DNA of 64,000 nucleotides from Eledone cirrhosa (Eukaryota), in contig OZ024742.1 of the NCBI GenBank assembly GCA_964016885.1, positions 228,470,001 to 228,534,000 of the forward strand. Reading direction: 5' to 3'. The translations under genes were made by a program, and so were the position numbers. The notes under the pieces are model-generated. The model was not told the DNA's origin. It saw only the letters and a list, made by a program, of their open reading frames with translations, and ran no database searches. Shown piece by piece: positions 60,139-64,000 of the stretch; position 1 is the first letter of the stretch; each line of letters starts with the position of its first letter.

Positions 60139-63100
60139 ATGCTTTTCTTTCTTCACTTTCAACACCAAACAGATCAATTGAGAGTTGGTTGTTTGAATGC
60201 GCGTGGCCTGGGCTCAGCTTGGAAGCAAGCAAAGTTTCTAAGTGGCCTCAGGTCACGAAGTATAGATGTGATGGTTGTTTGCGAGAGTCGGATCAGCAGC
60301 GTGCGACAGCTGACTCCCGCCTTCGATGACTTTGAGATGCACGCATCTCTCTGTCAACCCGGAGGTGGGGGTTGGGTTGCCGTACTGCTGGATAAACGTC
60401 TGGCTCTCGACGTACAGATTGTTCACTCGGACCCGGGGGGTCGATTACTGGTGGTGGACGTTGGAGGCGGTGAAGGCAGGGCTTTCAGACTGGTCGGTCT
60501 TTATGCCCCCTTCGGGGCTGAAAGAGCCGACTTCTTCCAGCGTCTGGAGACTTTTCTAGGAACCTCGCGTTCCCTGCTTTTAGTGGGGGACTGGAATGGA
60601 ATCCTAGATGCGCGTTGGGACTATGCAGGGGCATGTCCCGATAGAGGGGGGGGGGGGGTAGAAGCCTCAAGGGGTTACTCGATCGATTCGACCTGGTCGA
60701 TAGATTTCGATTAGATTTTCCAACTGTGCCAACCTGGACTTGGGCAAACCGCAGTGGTCAATCTAGATCGTACCTAGATAGGTTTTTGGTTAGGAGTAAG
60801 GATAGGGACGTATTTAGTTGTCCAGAATTGCTCATGGTTGGCTATTCAGATCACAAATTAGTGACCTGCGTGGTCAACCTTGATAGAACGCATAGACTGG
60901 GTCCCGGTTACTGGAAGATGAACTTGTCCTTGCCGGCAAAGGAAGCTTACAGGAACCGGATTAGTAGCTTAGTTAAGATGCGGTTGACGGGAGCGATCGT
61001 CAACAGCAGGTGATGGGTATCTCTAAAGAGAGAGATTAGAGTAAGTTCGATAGGTTACAGTAAGGAACTAGCGGCGAATAGAAATAGGAGGGAAAGGGAG
61101 TTGACAGATAAACTAGAAGAGGCGATTAGGAGCGGAGACGTGGCCAGAGTGTTAGCGTCGAGAACGGCGTTGAGCCAGTTCTTTGACGCGAAGCACGAAA
61201 GCTGCGTTGTCCGAAGTAAAATACGTGCTTTAGGAAACGAGGGGACCAAAGCTGTTAGCTGGGCCCGCGTGACAGAAGCCAAGAGTGGGATTAAATCCAC
61301 CATTCGGTCTTTGCGAGACCAGGATGGACGGGTGATCCTTGAACGTGAGCGGATGTGCGAGGCCTTTCAAAGGCACTTTGCTCGACTGTTCGGAGGGGGC
61401 GGGGGGCCGGACGGGGATGTGGACTTCGGTCCATACCTCGACGGTCTACCGGAGTGCTGCGAAAGGCCAATCACAGCCACTGAAATCGGGGAAGCGCTCA
61501 GCCAATGCAGCAGACGTAAATCTCCGGATCTCGATGGTCTACCATACGAACTTTATTTAGCTATGCCGGTCTTGTTCTCTGAACTCCTCGAGGCTGTCTA
61601 TTGCAACTGGCAACAGAACGAGAGAATTCCCTGTTCTGTGACCAAGGGCGTAGTCACGCTAGTGAGGAAGGAAGAGAGCAAGGGGGACAACTTAAGTAAC
61701 TTTAGGCCCATAACTCTGCTGAATGCAGAGTTAAAGATTTTGGCCAAGGTGTTAGCGAAGAGGTTGGCGCTTGTGGTGGGTGGCTTGGTGAGAGACGCGC
61801 AGACATGCGCTATCCCGTCCAGGTCCATTCACGACAACCTCCACCTCATGCGATACATCGTAGAGAGTGGTTGGGAACGAACCCGGTTTTGGTGGGGCCC
61901 TGATCAACTTGGATCAATCTAAGGCGTTCGATAGGGTCGACCATGGTTACCTGGATGCGGTGCTAGCGGCGGCGGGCTTCGGACCCGTTTTCAGGGGCTG
62001 GATTTCTGCCATGCACAGTGGCAACATCTGCTCTAGGGTTAAAGTAAACGGCTACCTCTCGGAGCCGTTTCAAATCACCCGGTCCATCAGGCAGGGGTGC
62101 CCCCTCTCCTCCCTTCTGTACGTATTGGCTCTCGAGCCACTGCTGCGGAAGTTGGAGTTGCTTTGGGGCATACCCCTGGAACCGGGATTGCACAAAGCGG
62201 TCTCGGCCTATGCCGACGACGTAACAGTAATGGTGGCGGACGCCTCGGAAATCGGGGCGATCGCCACCCTACTGGAGGAATACGAAAGGCTGACGGGGGC
62301 TAGGCTGAACCGGGACAAGTCAGTCGGTTTGCAACTCGGAACGTGGAGGGGCAAACCGATGCCGTGCGACGGTGTCGTCGGACGGTGGACGGAGGGCCCG
62401 GTGAAGGTGCTCGGGGTTTGGTTCGGACCGGACCTCCAGGTGGAGAAGAATTGGGGCGAGGTGACGAGCAGGGTGTTTGCGCTGACCCAGAAGTGGGCCA
62501 AGTGCAAACTATCGTTGAAAGGTCGGGCGGAGGTGGCGAACGCTTACATAGCGTCCGTCATCTACTACCGCCTGACCGTCGTGCCTTGCCCTAAGGAAAC
62601 GCTCACCATCATGGAGCGCATGCTCTTCCAGTTCCTCTGGAAGAAGCGGCCTCCCATGGTGAGGAGATCCATCTGCTGCCAGCACCCTTCGAAAGGTGGG
62701 CTGGGTATGCCGTGGCTGTTGATGCGTAGGCACGCATTGAGGCTACGGCATCTACAGGTATTCCTCACCGGTCAGCCGGTGTGGGCCCCGTTTGTGAGGC
62801 GAGCCTTCCCACAGCTCGTCTCGCTCACTGAGCTGCAATCCTGGGTGAAGCAAAGACCGAGAAAACTGGGCAACTAGCACACCGAGTGTGCCCAGGCGCT
62901 CACGGCTCTCTGACAAGCGGACCCGACTATCAGTGGAGAATCCACCTCGACATTCTATAGAGGGCTGGTGGCTAGCAGGGGCGACGACACCCTTGGAGAG
63001 TCGCTAGGCATGGAGGAGGACGAACTGGCCAGCCTGTTCGGTAGAACTTTCGACCCGGGACCCATGGACAACTTCCAGAGGTCCCTAGCCTGGCAGTGTT

Positions 63101-63591
63101 ACCGGGGGGCTCTGCCCGTTCGAGAAAAGCTCTACAGACACGGGCGCCCGGGCAGGGATCCAGCGAAAAAGATCTGTCCCAGATGCGTGCGCGACGAGGA
63201 AACCGTTGCGCATGCACTGGTACACTGCCCGGGCGTTGCCGATCTGTGGGGCTACGTCGAACGACTGCTGTCGCGTGTGGCGCCGATTCGATTAACCGCC
63301 GAGTCTGTGGTGAACATCAAGCCGCCGCCTCCCTTCAGAAACGAAGCAGAGGCGGTCTTTCTGTGCGTAATAGCCATGATGAAAGAGGTTGTGTGGTGGA
63401 CGCGCCTGAAAGGTCTGAGGTCGGGTGACTTTCTCTCCGGCCATCACCTGGTTTACTTCTTCCGATACCACTTCGGAAGAAGGATCAGGATGGAGAGAGA
63501 AGTGCTTGGCCCCAGACAGTTTTATGAAAGGTGGGTGAAAGAAGCGAGAATGGCTCGTGTAAATGGGCCTTCTCTCTACATTGTTCTGTAG
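60139..63591 (+). pseudogene. Tx1-like ORF2 (APE-RT), disrupted
   Basis: Frameshift in the G-run near 60650; stops at 61011, 62875 and 62911; frameshift near 61867. Confidence 0.9.
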
Positions 63592-63850
63592 GTGAAGAAG
63601 TGAAGAGGAAAGGGGGAGCGCCTCCTCTCTGGGCTTCCCCCGCGAAAAGGGTTGCACACTTTTCGGGGGTATGTGCAATCCCGAACACGCCCCCTCCCTT
63701 TTGAGGACTTTTTATTATTATATTATTATTGTTATTCCTTTTTCTTTACTCGATTTATGTAAACTCCCCCACTGTGTATTTGTCCCCTTCTTTTGTGCCC
63801 TCGTGGCAAATAAATAGAAATTTATCTATCTATCTATCTATCTATCTATC

Positions 63851-64000
63851 TTGATAGAGTAAGACACGCTTCACATCGGCTCCGCTATTCCATCGGGATT
63901 TACCCTTACTATTGTAAGTACCGGATAAATTTTTCAGTGCAACACATTTGGAACACTAACCCCTGTTTTTTAGGGAAACATTTTTGCATTTACCCCCTTT
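63851..64000 (+). mobile_element. 5' end of Tx1-like copy 3 (runs off the window)
   Basis: Identical by eye to 58133-58282. Confidence 0.9.

Larger units (their letters stand above)
58133..63822 (+). mobile_element. Tx1-like LINE, full-length copy 2, disrupted
   Basis: Same organisation as copy 1; ORF2 and 3'UTR nearly identical to copy 1; (TATC)n on both sides. Confidence 0.93.

Noticed and set aside
55289-62913. TGA recoding in Tx1 ORF2, suggested by stops shared between both copies
   Set aside because: They are explained by TGG>TGA and probably CGA>TGA mutations copied by duplication; a frameshift is shared as well.

Overview
AT-rich, microsatellite-saturated eukaryotic DNA; the repeat content suggests an octopus or other coleoid cephalopod (inference). 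Most ORFs in the track are translations of (TA)n, (CA)n, (CATA)n or (TTC)n. Host features are limited to one intact tRNA-His(GTG) gene and one 496-aa single-exon ORF with a CCDC190-like C-terminal motif. The rest is mostly retroelements, each tied to a particular microsatellite. (1) Naiad-type Penelope-like elements (RT + GIY-YIG) and about ten short foldback derivatives sit in (TA)n; most carry type I hammerhead ribozyme motifs and an unpaired 3' tail on one arm. (2) R4/Dong-like RLE LINEs and a non-autonomous RTE-derived element sit in (CATA)n/(TATG)n. (3) A head-to-tail array of Tx1/L1-clade LINEs is spaced by (TATC)n, and its second copy looks chimeric. Also present are a decayed CRE-like LINE, tRNA-derived SINEs, hAT and piggyBac-like MITEs, a 19-bp minisatellite, and a possible PPP-phosphatase relic joined to a Penelope 3' end.
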